From the NCBI GenBank assembly GCA_965240325.2, contig OZ251232.1, positions 930,001-994,000 of the forward strand: a stretch of DNA of 64,000 nt, written 5' to 3'. Source of the stretch: Rebecca billardiae RCC1528 (taxonomy: Eukaryota; Protista; Haptophyta). Both the position numbers and the translations under genes were made by a program. The notes under the pieces were generated by a model. That model was given only the letters and a program-made list of their open reading frames with translations. It searched no databases and was not told where the DNA came from. Positions 44,607 through 55,700 of this stretch are shown in pieces (position 1 is the first letter of the stretch; each line of letters opens with the position of its first letter).

Positions 44607-45316
44607 TCATGCTGCCCTGCCGGCCGCTAGCCTCTGGTCGAGCCACGGCCGGGAGACGTCGTCGAGGCGGGAGTCGAAGTCGTTCAGCCGATGCTGCGCG
44701 CCGGCCTCGATCATCTCGTTCAGCCGGGAGACCACCGCGTCCGCGTCGTGCAGCGTCACTTCCTTGGTTGGCACGGGCTGCCAGCTGCTGCCGCTGAGCG
44801 CGTGTGCGGTGAGTGAGAGGTTCTCAGCACTCGGCTGCATGTTCCTGTTGTCCACGAGCACGATGCACGCCGAGTTGAAGCGAGAGCGCACCCGCTCGCC
44901 AATCTTCCGCGCCACGTGCCCGAGCTCCGCGTCCGCTCTGCGCTCGTTCGCGTGGTAGTACCCGACGATCGTCAGGCTGCACGTGGAGCAGTACTCATCA
45001 ATCTGCGCGGACGGGGCGCGGCGCGGCGCGGGGCGTCGTCGCAAGGAGACGCGCCGGGTGAGCGTGGGGGCGAAGGGACGGTGGCTGCACGTACCGCGCG
45101 GAGGGCGAGCCGCACCGCGCACACCTGCAAGAACGCCGCCTCCAGCATGGGCGCGAGTGCGAGCATGCCGTGGGACAGGGGCACCGCCTTCACAATCTCC
45201 ACGTCTCCTGGGCTGGTCTCACGGCCGAGCAGCACGCCGTTCACGGCGTCGGCGGGGTGCTTGAAGCAGTGCAGCATGAGCGTGCAGAAGGCATCCTCCT
45301 CGAACGCGTACGGCAT
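44607..45316 (-). CDS. EMC8/9: ER membrane protein complex subunit 8/9 (UPF0172, MPN-like), 195 aa
   Basis: Exons 45316-45125 and 45002-44607 with a phase-0 GT-AG intron. Motifs LHCFKHPADAVNGVLLG, AVPLSH, IVGYYHANE and LNDFDSRLDDVSRPW. Confidence 0.9.
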
Positions 45317-45764
45317 ACTCGAACGGGCCAGTCGCCCACGGGGGCGGGCTCACGGGAGACCGGCGACGATGGCGGCGCGATCGAGGTCGGAGGACCCGGA
45401 CCTTCTGCTCTCCCGGAGCTTGCTCACCAGCCTGGGCGCCGGTGATCTCAGATCGGGACGGTGATCGGTCTTTGATTCGGTGATCAGATGATTCAGATGT
45501 TATGTGACGTCCGCGACTTAGCTGACAGTGTCAGTGACTGTCACTGTCTGAGACAACGGTGTGATGTGCCTGCGAGAATGTCAGAATGATGGTCCCATAC
45601 ATCTATATATTGGCCATTAGCCCAGGCTTGGCAAGGCCACCGAGGCCCGTTGCCAAGGGCAAGGGCAAGGCCCGTGGTCCCGGTCACGAGCATCGGACAG
45701 GTGGAGCCGTCGAGCCGCCCGGGCGTCGGGCGGCACGCTCCGCAGTCACGGCACGGCGGACTGC

Positions 45765-46292
45765 TCAGGCGGGCGCCGTCGTGCGAGACTCCATGTGGAC
45801 GACAGCGTACTTGTACGTGTTCTCCCGCACGACGGAATCGTTGTGGATGTCGACCACGGGCCGCAGCTGCTTCCAGTAGTGGGCGCCATGCATGGGCAGC
45901 GGCTGCGCCAGCCTCTCGCGGTTTGCGGCGATCACCTTCTCCTGCGAGGCGATGTGCGCCGCCAGGCGCTTCTCGTCAGCGACGGGATCACCCATGAAGC
46001 TTTTGGCGATGAACTTGGTGATCGGGTGCATCGAGCCCATCCGGTCGATCTGGTGCTCGGTCCGGGGGTCCAGCGACATTTGGAAGGCGCCATTGTGCCG
46101 GCCCGCGTCGTTGAAGTCGACCTTCTCCGCCTCGCTCTCGGCGCTGTCGGAGGCGCTCACGCGGGAGCCAGGGCGCACCTTGGGGAAGAAGCTGGCGATG
46201 AAGCCGCCCGTCGCCTGCGTTGCCGACGCGGCCGCCGCGGCGGTATCGTCGTCAAGGGGTGTGAAGGCACCATTGTAGCGCGGCTCACCCAT
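45765..46292 (-). CDS. Hypothetical protein (~175 aa; possible upstream exon)
   Basis: GC3-biased, non-repetitive ORF. An acceptor-like CGCGCAG lies just 5' of the ATG (46302-46300). No family recognised. Confidence 0.6.
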   Translation of the reverse strand: MGEPRYNGAFTPLDDDTAAAAASATQATGGFIASFFPKVRPGSRVSASDSAESEAEKVDFNDAGRHNGAFQMSLDPRTEHQIDRMGSMHPITKFIAKSFMGDPVADEKRLAAHIASQEKVIAANRERLAQPLPMHGAHYWKQLRPVVDIHNDSVVRENTYKYAVVHMESRTTAPA

Positions 46293-46891
46293 GGCTCGCC
46301 TGCGCGAGGCGGCGCGCGTCGCGCGGGGATGGCGGGGCGGGCAGGAGCCGGGTGGGGCGTCGCATCAGGTCGTCACGCATCCCGTGCGGTGGGGAGGTGT
46401 GGTGCGCGTGCTCCGCCGAGGGCGTGAAGCGCACCCGCCAAAGGCGACCTTGTCGCAGTGCGCCCGAGGCTGCGAGACAGGCTCGCCGACGAGAGGTCGG
46501 CCGAAAACCAACTCGTGCACGATGGCGGCGGCGGTTGATGCGCGCGTCAGGGTGCGGCGCCATGTATGGTACTGCTGATGTAGTATCATGTAGCAAGTGG
46601 CGCGACGATGTTTTGCCCTGCTTGCCGAGGCTAGTCACGGTTGCTTTGGCACTAGCTAGTTTCACCGACGATGCACTGGTGTCGATTGCTGTCGGCGTCC
46701 TCGACATCACGTCGCAAGTCTGGCGCCCAATGGCAATGCCCGCGGCACTTCAGCGCGGTCCGCCGCGCGCGGCCCCGGGCGGGCGGCGCCCTGGCAAAGT
46801 GGCAACGCCAACGGCATCCTACGGTGGCTGTGGCCAGCGGCATGAATCCATGACCGGATGACGATGGCGGTTGATGACGGATGCTTGATCA

Positions 46892-49800
46892 TCACCGCCC
46901 GGGCGCTTGTGGCCTGGGCAGCCGCATGACAGAGGAGGGCCCGCTCGGTGCCGGCGGCGGTGGCGCCGTCACCCCGGCCACCGCCGCGGTGCCGTTCGAC
47001 CGGCGCAGGCCCCCATCCGGCCCGCTGCCGCTCGGAGTGCCGCTGGACGCGGCGGCCGCCGCGCCCGACAGCCCGGGCCGCGGCTCAGCGAGCGCGCGCA
47101 CCCCCGCAGCCGCGCTCCCGCGGCGCAGCCCGACGGCCGCCGACGGGGGCGTGGCGGCTGGCCCCTTGGGCGCGGGCGGCGGCGGCGGCGGCGGCGGGCG
47201 CGTCATCAGCGCCTCGCGCTCGGCGCGCAGCGCGCGCAGCAGCTCGTCCCGCGCGTCCTCCCTCCTCGCCGGCTCCTCGCCCGCGCCGTCGCCCGCCAGC
47301 GCCGCCGCCTCACGCGGCCCCGCAGCGGAGGAGGCGCCGTCGGTTGCGCGGACGGAGGCGTGGTGGGCCGCGCTCAGCGCGTGGGCGGCGCCGCTGCCGT
47401 TGAGCAAGCGCGCAACCTCGTCGTCACTCGGGTGCGACGGCGCGCCGCTCGCGGCCGCGTCGGCCCAGGGCGCGCCACCGCGCACGCCATTGGCGGCGGT
47501 GCGGCCGGGCTGCGCCGCCGCGCCAGCGCTGAGCGCGGGCGGCGGCGACGCGGCGGCGGCGGGCTTGAAGGGCGCGCGCGCCGGCGGCGCTTGAGGCATC
47601 GCGGCGCCGCCGTTCACGTGGTCGGGCGGCGGCTGCGGCGGCGTGTCATGCTGTTGCGCCTCCGCCAGCCGGCCCGAGCGCCGCGCCACCGCCTGCAGAG
47701 CCGCCTGCCTCGGGCTCAGCTCCATGCTGGCGGGCGCGTCGCGCGCCGGCGGGCGCGGCGCCGTCGGCTGCGGCTGCGGCTCGCGCGGCGACGCGCGCGG
47801 CGGCGGGCTGCGCTCGAGCGGCAGGTAGGGCCGCGGGCTTGGTACCTCGCCAAGGGTGGTCACCTCGCTCGCCTCGATGAGCGTGCCCCGCGCAGCCGAC
47901 CTCTCCGGCGTCACCGCCACCGCCACAGGGCCTGCGCGCCGCGCCTCGGCGGCTGCCCTGCGCGGCGTGAGTGTGGCGCTCGCCGAGGCCTGGGGCCGGG
48001 TCGAGGCCGCGGGCTGCTGCGGCGGCTGCTGCGGCGGGTGGGCGCCGGGCGCAGCGGGCGTGCCCGGCTGTGCGGAGCGAGGGGAGCGTGCCTGGGGCGC
48101 CGCTGCCGGCTGCGCGCGCGTCTGCCGCGGCGAGGGCAGCGAGCCATTCCCCACGCCGCGCGCCGCCGCGTGCCTCGGCGTCGAAGCGTCGCCAGGGCTG
48201 CTCCCCGCCGCGGCAGCGGCCGGGTGGCGGTGCATCGCGCCCACGCTCCGACTCCGGGCGGCGCTGGAGACGGTTGGTCGCTCGAAGGGCTGCCGCTTGG
48301 GCGGAGGCGGCGGCTGGGCCGCGCCGGGCTGTGTGGGCGCGGGGCGGGCGTCGGCGGCCGGCGGCGTCGCGTGCGCCGCGCCCGAGCTGCCCCCGTCCCC
48401 CGCCGCCGCCGCCGGCCGAAGCCGCCGCCCGCCGCAACTCGGCCGACCGGCGTCTCTGCCGCCGGCGGCGGCGGCGGTGGCAGCCGGGGGCGACGTGGCC
48501 GAGGGCGCGCGCACGGGAGGCGTGGCGTCGCGCGCCCAGCCGCGGCGCGCGCTCTGCGCCCCGCCGCCCGCCGCGTCCGCGTGCACGCCATCCAGCCTCG
48601 CGCCACCGCCGCCACGCGCGCTGTGCGCGCCGCCGGCCGTCGGCTGAGTTCGAGGCGCCGACAGCGGCCTGCGCTGCTGCGCCGCTGGCCGCTGCGGCGT
48701 GCCCGCCGCCGCCCCGTCGGCGAGTGCACGCACGATCGCCCGTCGCTCCGCGCCCGCGCGCGCGCGCTCGAGCGCGGCCGCGGCCTCCGCCGCCGCGTCC
48801 TCCGCGCTCGCGCCCGCCTCGAGCGCCGCGCCGACCGCGCGCACCGCGGCGCTGAGCGCGCGCTCGCTCGCCATCGCGTCGACGCCCTCACGCAGCGCGC
48901 GGTCGGCGACGGCCGCGGCCGCGCCGGCGGCGCGGTGCGCGGAGGTGGGGCGCGAGCCGGGCTCGTCGTCGCCGCCGCCAATGCCGCTGTCCGCCGTCGC
49001 GGGCGCGTCCAGCCCCGCCGCGTGCGCGCGCAGCAGCTGCCGCCGCGCGCGCACGGCGATCGCGCGCGCGCTGCCCTCGGGGCGCGTGCCTCGCGCCCGC
49101 TGCGCGCGCTGGAGCGCCTCCGCGGCGCGCGCGCGCGCGGGCGCCGCGTCGCTCGAGACGCGGCGCACGGCCGTGTACATTGCCTCGGAGATGGCCTGCT
49201 CCGCCATCCCCCGCGCGGCCGTGCCCTCGCCGCCGGCAGGCGTGCCCGCGCTCTCACCCGGCCCCGCCGCCAAGCTCCTCGGTGCCGCAGCCGGCTGCAG
49301 CGGCTGCTGCCTCGGCGCCGCAGCCGGCTGCAGCGGCTGCGTGTGGTCCGCACTGTGCCGTGCGGCAGCGGCGGGCTGCGCGGCAGTGCCGCCGGCCGGG
49401 CGCGCGGCTGGCGCCCGCGTGCCCCTCGGCGGCGGCGGCGCGGCCGCCTCCACGGCCACTTGGGGCGCGCGCTGCACCTCGGCCGCGCGCACCGCCGGCT
49501 GAGACTCGGCCACAGGCTGTGGCTGCGGCTGCGGCGCGCCGCTCGCGCACGCGCGGGGCGCCGCGCCTCCGCGCGCGGCGGATGGCGCGGGCCTGGCGCC
49601 GGCGGGGTGCGCAGGCTGCGGCTGGGCGGCGGCGCTGGTGACTGCGGCAGCCGCGCGCGCCTCCTCCCTCGCGCGCTCCGCCGCCTTCTGCTCGGCAGCG
49701 CGCGAGGCATCCCGGCGGTCGCGGCTGCCGCGCCGCGCGGCCTGAATGCTCACCGCGGCGCGCGTGCGCGCGGCCGCCGCCTGCTCCTCGGCGGCGCGCG

Positions 49801-50269
49801 AGGCGGCGCGGCGCGCCGACTGGCCGCGCTGCGTGGCCTGAATGCTCACCGCCGCGCGCGTGCGCGCCGCCGCCGCCTGCTCCTCGGCGGCGCGCGAGGC
49901 GTCGCGGCGGCCGCGCTGGCCGCGCTGCGCAGCCTGGATGCTCAGCGCCGCGCGTGCGCGTGCGGCGAGCTCCACGTCGGCGACGAGGTCGGAGAGCACG
50001 CTGCGGAGCTCGCGTCTGTACCGATAGCGATAGCGCAGCTGGATCGTGCGCGCGCCCGCGTCCGAGACGCTCGATGCGCCCACGCGGCGCGGCGTGCGCC
50101 CGGCCAGAGTGCCGAGCGCGGGCCGCGATTCGTCCGCTCGCGTCGTGGACGTGGACGACGAGGGTGCCTGCGGGCTGCGTCGTTCGGCAGAGGTCGCCGC
50201 GCCAGTCGTGCGCGCGCCACGCCCGCGCGAGGGCGTGCCCGTCGGTGCGGCCACCGGCTCGCCGGGCAT
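46892..50269 (-). CDS. Low-complexity Ala/Pro-rich protein with three tandem IQ calmodulin-binding motifs
   Basis: AALSIQAAQRGQRGRR, AAVSIQATQRGQSARR and AAVSIQAARRGSRDRR in ~90-bp tandem units at ~49690-49960. The start MPGEP at 50269 is tentative. Confidence 0.7.
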   Translation of the reverse strand: MPGEPVAAPTGTPSRGRGARTTGAATSAERRSPQAPSSSTSTTRADESRPALGTLAGRTPRRVGASSVSDAGARTIQLRYRYRYRRELRSVLSDLVADVELAARARAALSIQAAQRGQRGRRDASRAAEEQAAAARTRAAVSIQATQRGQSARRAASRAAEEQAAAARTRAAVSIQAARRGSRDRRDASRAAEQKAAERAREEARAAAAVTSAAAQPQPAHPAGARPAPSAARGGAAPRACASGAPQPQPQPVAESQPAVRAAEVQRAPQVAVEAAAPPPPRGTRAPAARPAGGTAAQPAAAARHSADHTQPLQPAAAPRQQPLQPAAAPRSLAAGPGESAGTPAGGEGTAARGMAEQAISEAMYTAVRRVSSDAAPARARAAEALQRAQRARGTRPEGSARAIAVRARRQLLRAHAAGLDAPATADSGIGGGDDEPGSRPTSAHRAAGAAAAVADRALREGVDAMASERALSAAVRAVGAALEAGASAEDAAAEAAAALERARAGAERRAIVRALADGAAAGTPQRPAAQQRRPLSAPRTQPTAGGAHSARGGGGARLDGVHADAAGGGAQSARRGWARDATPPVRAPSATSPPAATAAAAGGRDAGRPSCGGRRLRPAAAAGDGGSSGAAHATPPAADARPAPTQPGAAQPPPPPKRQPFERPTVSSAARSRSVGAMHRHPAAAAAGSSPGDASTPRHAAARGVGNGSLPSPRQTRAQPAAAPQARSPRSAQPGTPAAPGAHPPQQPPQQPAASTRPQASASATLTPRRAAAEARRAGPVAVAVTPERSAARGTLIEASEVTTLGEVPSPRPYLPLERSPPPRASPREPQPQPTAPRPPARDAPASMELSPRQAALQAVARRSGRLAEAQQHDTPPQPPPDHVNGGAAMPQAPPARAPFKPAAAASPPPALSAGAAAQPGRTAANGVRGGAPWADAAASGAPSHPSDDEVARLLNGSGAAHALSAAHHASVRATDGASSAAGPREAAALAGDGAGEEPARREDARDELLRALRAEREALMTRPPPPPPPPAPKGPAATPPSAAVGLRRGSAAAGVRALAEPRPGLSGAAAAASSGTPSGSGPDGGLRRSNGTAAVAGVTAPPPPAPSGPSSVMRLPRPQAPGR

Positions 50270-50940
50270 TGGGGAATCCGAGGCCACGGCGCCACTGCAA
50301 GACCTGCGTTGACGCCGCCCTTGCGGAACCACACAGCGGCGCTTGCATGCGCCCGGGCCGATGCGGGCGGGTCCACCGGGACGACGGTGACCGATCCGCT
50401 GGCCCACGGCTCGCCGACCCACGGCTACCGCCCTTGCCACGGCGCTCGCCGACTTGAACATGCCTTCTAATCAGACACCGCGCGCCTCATCCCTGCGCCC
50501 GCCGTAAAGTTCGCCCTGATGAAGTTGCGTGCCGCCGAGTGCAGCCTCGCCTCGCGTGCGCGCTGGCGAAGGCGACCGAGGGCTGGTCGACGGTGCGCGA
50601 GGCGGGCAGGTCTGGTCGCGGAGTGTTGGCATCTATCATGGTCCCTTCTAACGCTCATATGGCTTGCCTCCGTACGACGAACGGCCTCTTCTGCGCCCTC
50701 GCCGCCTCGGGAGTCAGGTCAGATCGACCGTTCCGCGAGTTCCGCGCCGGCGGGCCGGCGGCGGCTTCTGCGCGGGAATTATCGCAGATGATCGACTCAC
50801 GCAGTACGTCCAGGCGACACCTGGGGCGCCGTCTGCCGTTCATCGCGCACCAGAGGTGCTGCAAGGGCTAGACACGTCACGGGCTTCCAGAACAGAGAGG
50901 CTACGTAGTATGCTAGCCCCATGCCGCTGACAGTATAATA

Positions 50941-52212
50941 TTAGTACGTGTTGTGCGGCAGCTGACGGTCGAGCTCGCGCGCACTGAGCGACAGCATGCG
51001 CCCGCTCCGGCTCGACGCGGGCGAGGGTGAGCCTCCGTCGTGCGGCGCGGGCACGGCGCGCCGGCTCGCCACTCGGTCGGCGGGGCTGAGGCCCGGCGCA
51101 GCGCTCGGCCCGGCCGCCCTCGGCGCGGGCGAGGCGGCGCCCACGACGACCGCCGGCCGCGGCGTGCGTCGGATCTCCGGGTAGTCTGCGAGCACGGACT
51201 CGCGGAGCACCTCGGCCGCGTAGTCGCGCGTGCCCATGTACCCGAGGTCCAGGCTGAGCTGCGCGAGGGCGGCACGCGAGGTCAGCAGCATGGGCCGGTC
51301 CTGCCACGCGGGCTGCAGGCTGGGCGCGAGGGCGGCGGTGTGGCGCTCGTGGACGGCGCCGTTCGTGCGCCGTGAGAGCGCGTCCATCGCGCGCGCGGCG
51401 TGCGCGCCGGCACCCTCGGGCGCCGTCGCTGCGTGGGCGAACAGCGCCGTCGCGGCGTGTGACGGGCCGCACACGGCTGCGGCGTGCGCGTGCGCGCACG
51501 CGGCCGCCTCGCGCGCGGCGGCCGACCGAGGCCAAGCCCTGGGAGCGGCAGCAGCGCCCCTTGCCTCGTAGTTCAGCGGCGGGGGCTGCACCAGGTCGTA
51601 CACGCCACCGACCGGCCTCTGCTCCTCCGCGCGCGCCGCCGCGCGCGCGTCGAGCGCCGTGCGGGGCCGATGGAAGGCGATCGGTGGCGGCTGGGCGGGC
51701 GCGGACTGCTGCGCGCTGCGGGTGGCGTTGTCAAGCCCGGCCGCGCGCAGGAGGGTGCGCGTCGGGTGCACGGCCCGAGCCCCGGGGAGCAGGCTCTCGC
51801 GCAGCAGCGCCTCGTCAAAGCCGCCGCCGCCCACACCTGAGGCACCCTCGACCACACCATCACCGCCGCCGCCGCCGCCGCCGTCGGTGGTCGCAGCGCC
51901 GTGGGCGACGCTCGTCGGGCGCAGCGGTGGCGGCCGCGCGGGCTGCGCCGACGGCGCCGTGCCCGCGCCGTGCAGGAGCACCGCCTCGCCCGCGCCCGCC
52001 GCGCCGTGCCCGCCGTGCAGCACCCCTGTCTTCGCGTGCACGTGCACGCACGGCGCGCGCAGCCGCACCAACGCTCACACATCCGCAGCCCACGCGCGCG
52101 CTGCAGCGCGCCGTCCGCGCCCAGCGTGTGCTTGCCCGAGAGCGCGCCGCCGGCGAGCGCGCCGTACGCCAGCAGCAGGACGCCATGCGGTTTGAGTCCG
52201 GAGTGGACGGGG
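50941..52212 (-). pseudogene. Deleted copy of the AKR-chimera locus; only the last AKR residues and the unrelated tail remain
   Basis: Collinear and highly similar to ~59724-61044. The ~910 bp matching 61045-61957 (AKR start and core) are missing at junction ~52213. A small indel near 52070 shifts the frame. Confidence 0.8.
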
Positions 52213-52782
52213 GGATCGACGGTCGCGCGCTGGCGAAGGCGATGGCATGGGCGACGGTGCGCGAGGCTGGCGCGCATAGCACCTAATATGGCGGTCGTCC
52301 CTTCGATCGCGATCTATATACGCTTGCTCATGCAGACGACGCTTGACGGCCGCTACTCAGCGCGTGCGCCGACACTTGGTCTTGGCCGTGCCAATTAGTG
52401 GCGGCGCGCGTTGGCGCGCGGCTCGGCTGGCGTCGATCGGCGTGGCACGGCGCGACGGAGGACCAGTCACGCCGGCCGAAGGGCTAGACCGACGGGCGGC
52501 TTTGAAGAGTAGAGTGGCTGTATTCTAGTCCCATGCGTACTGGCTCAAGGCACGGCTGCACTGTGCACACGTCGGCACGACTGCTGACTGCTGCCGCCTG
52601 CCGCCCGCGACTGGCCGACTACCGCAATCAGCTGGGCAACCGGCCGCGTGCACAGGCTGGGGCGGGACGGCCCGCGGCTGCGGACGCGGCGGCTGGCGGC
52701 GCAGTCGGCGCCGGGAGCGGGCATGCAGGCCGACGGCTGCGCGCGCCCACACTGCCCAACGCGCGCCATCCTCCAGGCATCC

Positions 52783-55700
52783 CTAGATGCCGAGGCCCCC
52801 GCTGCGGCCACTGCCTTCCCAGGCCTGTCGGATGGCGGCCTTCTGAGCATCGCTCAGCTGGTTGCCGCTGTGTGCACAGCGGAGGCACGCCGAGGGGAGG
52901 GGAAGCGCGGAGAGGCGAGCGCCGCGGTCGCGCGGGGTGGGGTGGACAGTGTCAGCCCACGCCGCTGCGCACCACACGCCGCGCCGCGCACCGCACCGCA
53001 CCGCACCGCTGCGCACGCGCCGCCACACGCCAAGGGGCGGCGCGCGCGCCGCGCGGCGAGTGCGCCGGGCGCTGCCGCAGCCTCGCGCGACGGCGCTGCT
53101 GCGGCGCCGTGCGCGGGTGCTCGCACGTGCGCGCGATGCGCACGGCGCGCGAGCCCCCCCCACCCCCCCTTCCGCCCGCGCCGCGCGCCGCCCCCCTCGC
53201 CGCGCCGTGCGTGCGCGTACCCCAGGTAGAGCACCTGCAGCTTGGTGTTGGTGCGGAGCGCCTCCGCCAGCGCTGTGCCGGAGACGTCCGTCAGCTGGTT
53301 GTTGCTGTGTGCACAGCGGAGGCACGCCGAGGGGAGGGAAAGCGCGGAGAGGCGAGCGCCGCGGTCGCGCGGGGTGGGGTGGACAGTGTCAGCCCACGCC
53401 GCTGCGCACCACACGCCGCGCCGCGCCGCGCACCGCACCGCACCGCTGCGCACGCGCCGCCACACGCCAAGGGGCGGCGCGCGCGCCGCGCGGCGAGTGC
53501 GCCGGGCGCTGCCGCAGCCTCGCGCGACGGCGCTGCTGCGGCGCCGTGCGCGGGTGCTCGCACATGCGCGCGATGCGCACGGCGCGCGAGCCCCCCTCCC
53601 ACCCCCCCTTCCGCCCGCGCCGCGCGCCGCCCCCCTCGCCGCGCCGTGCGTGCGCGTACATCAGGTAGAGGTCCTGCAGCTTGGTGTTGGTGCGGAGCGC
53701 CTCCGCCAGCGCTGTGCCGGAGACGTCCGTCAGCTGGTTCCAGCTGTGTGCACAGCGGAGGCACGCCGAGGGGAGGGGAAGCGCGGAGAGGCGAGCGCCG
53801 CGGTCGCACGGGGTGGGGTGGGCAGTGTCAGCCCACGCCGCTGCGCACCACGTGCACCGCACCGCACCGCACCGCCCACCGCCATGCTGAGCGCGTGCTG
53901 CCGCACCGGCCGCGCGCGCCGCCCGCCGTGGGGTGACGCGCGATGTGGGGCGCGCGCTGGGCGCGGCCGCAGCCTCGCGCGACGGCGCTGCTGCGGCGCC
54001 GTGCGCGGGTGCTCGCACGTGCGCGCGATGCGCACGGCGCGCGAGCTCCCCCCCACCCCCCCTTCCGCCCGCGCCGCGCGCCGCCCCCCTCACAGCGCCG
54101 TGCGTGCGCGTACCCCAGCCCGAGCCTCTGCAGCTTGGTGTTGGTGCGGAGCGCCTCCGCCAGCGCCCTGCCGGAGACGTCCGTCAGCTGGTTGTCGCTG
54201 TGTGCACAGCGGAGGCACGCCGAGGGGAGGGGAAGCGCGGAGAGGCGAGCGCCGCGGTCGCACGGGGTGGGGTGGACAGTGTCAGCCCACGCCGCTGCGC
54301 ACCACGCGCCGCGCACCGCACCGCACCGCACCGCACCGCACGCGCCGCCACACGCCGAGGGGCGGCGCGCGCGCCGCGCGGCGAGTGCGCCAGGCGCTGC
54401 CGCAGCCTCGCGCGACGGCGCTGCTGCGGCGCCGTGCGCGGGTGCACGCACGTGCGCGCGATGCGCACGGCGCGCGAGCCCCCCACCCACCCCCCCTTCC
54501 GCCCGCGCCGCGCGCCGCCCCCCTCGCCGCGCCGTGCGTGCGCGTACATCAGCCAGAGGTGCTGCAGCTTGGTGTTGGTGCGGAGCGCCTCCGCCAGCGC
54601 TGTGCCGGAGACGTCCGTCAGCTGGTTGTACCTGTGTGCACAGCGGAGGCACGCCGAGGGGAGGGGAAGCGCGGAGAGGAGAGCGCGGTGGTCGCACGGG
54701 GTGGGGTAGGCAGTGTCAGCCCACGCCGCTGCGCACCACGCACCGCGCACCGCACCGCACCGCCCACCGCCATGCTGAGCGCGTGCTGCCGCACCGGCCG
54801 CGCGCGCCGCCCGCCGTGGGGTGACGCGCGATGTGGGGCGCGCGCTGGGCGCGGCCGCAGCCTCGCGCGACGGCGCTGCTGCGGCGCCGTGCGCGGGTGC
54901 ACGCGCGGGTGCACGCGCTGCACACGACGCGCGGCCCGTCCTTCCCCCACTACACCGCCCGCGCCGCCCGCCGCCCCGCTCGCCCCACCGTGCGTGCGCG
55001 TACCTCAGGTGGAGCTCCTGCAGGCGGCAGCTGTCCGCCTGCAGTGCCTGCGACAGCAGCCGCACGCACTCGTTGTCCACGCCCGTCTTGTCGAGATCGA
55101 GCTTGGTCAGCTTGGCACTGTGCGCGGCGAGGTGTGCGATCGCCTGCGCGTGCGCCGCCACCGCCGTCTTCCTCTCCCACTCCGCCTTCTCCAGCCCCAT
55201 CAGCGCCTCTGCTGAGCCCACGCCCACAGCGCGCGCGAGCGCCTCGAGCTGCTCTGCAGAGGCGCGGACTGGAGGCGGCGCCGCGCGCGGCTGCACGGGT
55301 GGCGGCGCCGCCGCCGCGCGCGGCTGCTCCGCAGCCGCGCGGACGGGTGGCGCCGCCGCCGCGCGCGGCTGCTCCGCAGCCGCGCGGACGGGTGGCGCCG
55401 CCGCCGCGCGCGGCTGCTCCGCAGCGGCACGGACGGGTGGCGCCGCCGCCGCCGCGCGCGGCTCTGCGGCGGTCAGCGCCGCGACGAGCTCTGAGGCACT
55501 GGGCCGGAGCACGTATTCCTCTTTGAGGCAGCGCTCCTTCAGGCGGCGGACTGCGAGTGGCGTGCCGGCGGGCAGCCGAGCCCGCGCCCGTCCGTTCGGC
55601 TGCTGCTGCGTGAGCAGCACCTCGACCAGCACGCCAAAGCTGAAGACGTCGGCCTTCTCGCTCGCGTGGCGGCCGAGCAGCACCTCGGGCGGCGCAAACG

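Noticed and set aside
26962-50470. Numerous long Arg/Ala-rich overlapping ORFs opposite or out of frame to the called genes
   Set aside because: Expected from stop-codon scarcity at very high GC; no motifs.
52868-55003. CRISPR array or introner insertions
   Set aside because: The ~440-bp units consist of exon plus intron duplicated together; there are no cas genes, and other introns in the window do not belong to this family.
54184-55003. ORF read-through after LQELHLR
   Set aside because: Ala/Arg-rich intron translation beginning at a canonical AG|GTAC donor.
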